Assembly: GCA_028820845.1 (NCBI GenBank)
Contig: JAPPII010000119.1
Coordinates: 1,228-65,227, forward strand
Reading direction: 5' to 3'
From: Candidatus Poribacteria bacterium
Lineage (GTDB): Bacteria; Poribacteria; WGA-4E; WGA-3G
DNA: 64,000 nt
Shown here: positions 63,207 to 64,000 of the stretch, one piece after another
Position numbering within the stretch: the stretch's first letter is position 1
Layout of the letters: each line of letters opens with the position of its first letter
Translations under genes and position numbers: made by a program
Notes under the pieces: model-generated
Databases searched by the model: none
Seen by the model: only the letters and a program-made list of their open reading frames with translations
Told to the model about the DNA's origin: nothing

Positions 63207-64000
63207 ATGGCGAACCAACTTATCCAACTCGGCGTTGTTGGATGTGGATGGGCAGGTTGTCGAGCGATTGAAGCTGCGAATGCGACCTCTCGGCTAAACG
63301 TTATCGCAATCGCTGAGCGCGACCCGACCCGCCGAGCGCAGGCAGGCGATGACAATGCAGTACCACACCGCTATGCCGACTACCACGAGCTCCTTGACGA
63401 TTCAACTGTTGAAGCCGTCTATCTCGCTACCAATCCAGACGTTAGAAAACAGCAGGTCTTGGATACGCTCAGTGCAGGCAAGCATGTCTTGGTACAAAAA
63501 CCGCATGCAATCCGCGCACCCGAAATATTAGAGATGGCAGCAGCGGCGCAAAAAGCCGAGAAAACGCTGCAATTCTGCTATTTTATGCGTCATTTCCCAA
63601 ACAATAGGAAGATTCGGCGCGCCGTCCTGAACGGGGCAATCGGCGACCTGTATCATGCCCGCATCTTTGGGAAATACAACTTTATTCCAGACCTTAACGC
63701 CAACAGTCGATGGTTACACGTCTATGGACAGAAAGGCGGTTCGTTAGGGCAACATTACTCACACGAACTTAACTTGACGTGGTGGTGGATGGGATGTCCG
63801 AGGCCGGAGTGGGCATTCGCTGCGAAACACGTGCTTTACCCGCAATACGACGGACCTGAAGGCGCAGCGGAGGACTATTTTACGGGTATCCTCGGCTGCG
63901 AAGGTGGAAAAACCATCCAGATTGATTGTTCCCGGATGAGCCATTCAGACTCGGCAAGCGTCGTTGAACTCTACGGCACAACTGGTGCAATTACAAACGG
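63207..64000 (+). CDS. Gfo/Idh/MocA family oxidoreductase, 3'-truncated at window edge
   Basis: Own translation from ATG 63207: MANQLIQLGVVGCGWAGCRAIEAA...YADYHELLDDSTVEAVYLATNPDVRKQQVLDTLSAGKHVLVQKP. Open to the window end, hence absent from the ORF track. Confidence 0.8.
   Translation, partial: MANQLIQLGVVGCGWAGCRAIEAANATSRLNVIAIAERDPTRRAQAGDDNAVPHRYADYHELLDDSTVEAVYLATNPDVRKQQVLDTLSAGKHVLVQKPHAIRAPEILEMAAAAQKAEKTLQFCYFMRHFPNNRKIRRAVLNGAIGDLYHARIFGKYNFIPDLNANSRWLHVYGQKGGSLGQHYSHELNLTWWWMGCPRPEWAFAAKHVLYPQYDGPEGAAEDYFTGILGCEGGKTIQIDCSRMSHSDSASVVELYGTTGAITN

Overview
64-kb chromosomal fragment from an uncultivated bacterium. GC looks roughly balanced by eye. The taxon cannot be assigned from sequence alone. 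The gene content (three to four phytanoyl-CoA dioxygenase paralogues, many xylose-isomerase-like TIM barrels, Gfo/Idh/MocA, LamG, FlgD-Ig-like, TPR) is reminiscent of marine PVC/Poribacteria-like heterotrophs, but that is a guess. I call 53 protein-coding genes (two cut by the window edges) plus one apparently frameshifted gene. I recognised no rRNA, tRNA or CRISPR by eye. Housekeeping anchors are dnaN (without dnaA/recF), nadC, hisB, dtd and a glycogen cluster (eukaryote-type branching enzyme, GT3-like synthase, DUF3417-type phosphorylase, glgC). Other content: a LolA-like/ABC/beta-barrel envelope module, uxuA, a TPP-dependent keto-acid decarboxylase, and several sugar-phosphate isomerase/epimerase genes. 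The main accessory feature is a defence-type islet at 19.9-28.1 kb. It holds a 1240-aa type IIG-like restriction-modification enzyme next to a four-gene operon. In that operon a UPF0175 antitoxin domain is fused to a ~900-aa TPR scaffold and paired with a DUF3368/PIN-like toxin. A paralogous mini-TPR protein follows, translationally coupled (ATGA) to a Doc toxin with no classical antitoxin. This TPR-coupled double toxin module is my best candidate for an undescribed system. Intergenic DNA is unusually rich in short repeat families: heptamer tandem repeats that often form inverted arms, a GGTAGG-hairpin family, elements with 12-bp terminal inverted repeats, a ~150-bp element sitting between divergent promoters at two loci, nonamer repeats, and an iteron-like block. 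Start codons were refined by hand using SD-like motifs. Note that the ORF track also uses TTG/GTG starts.
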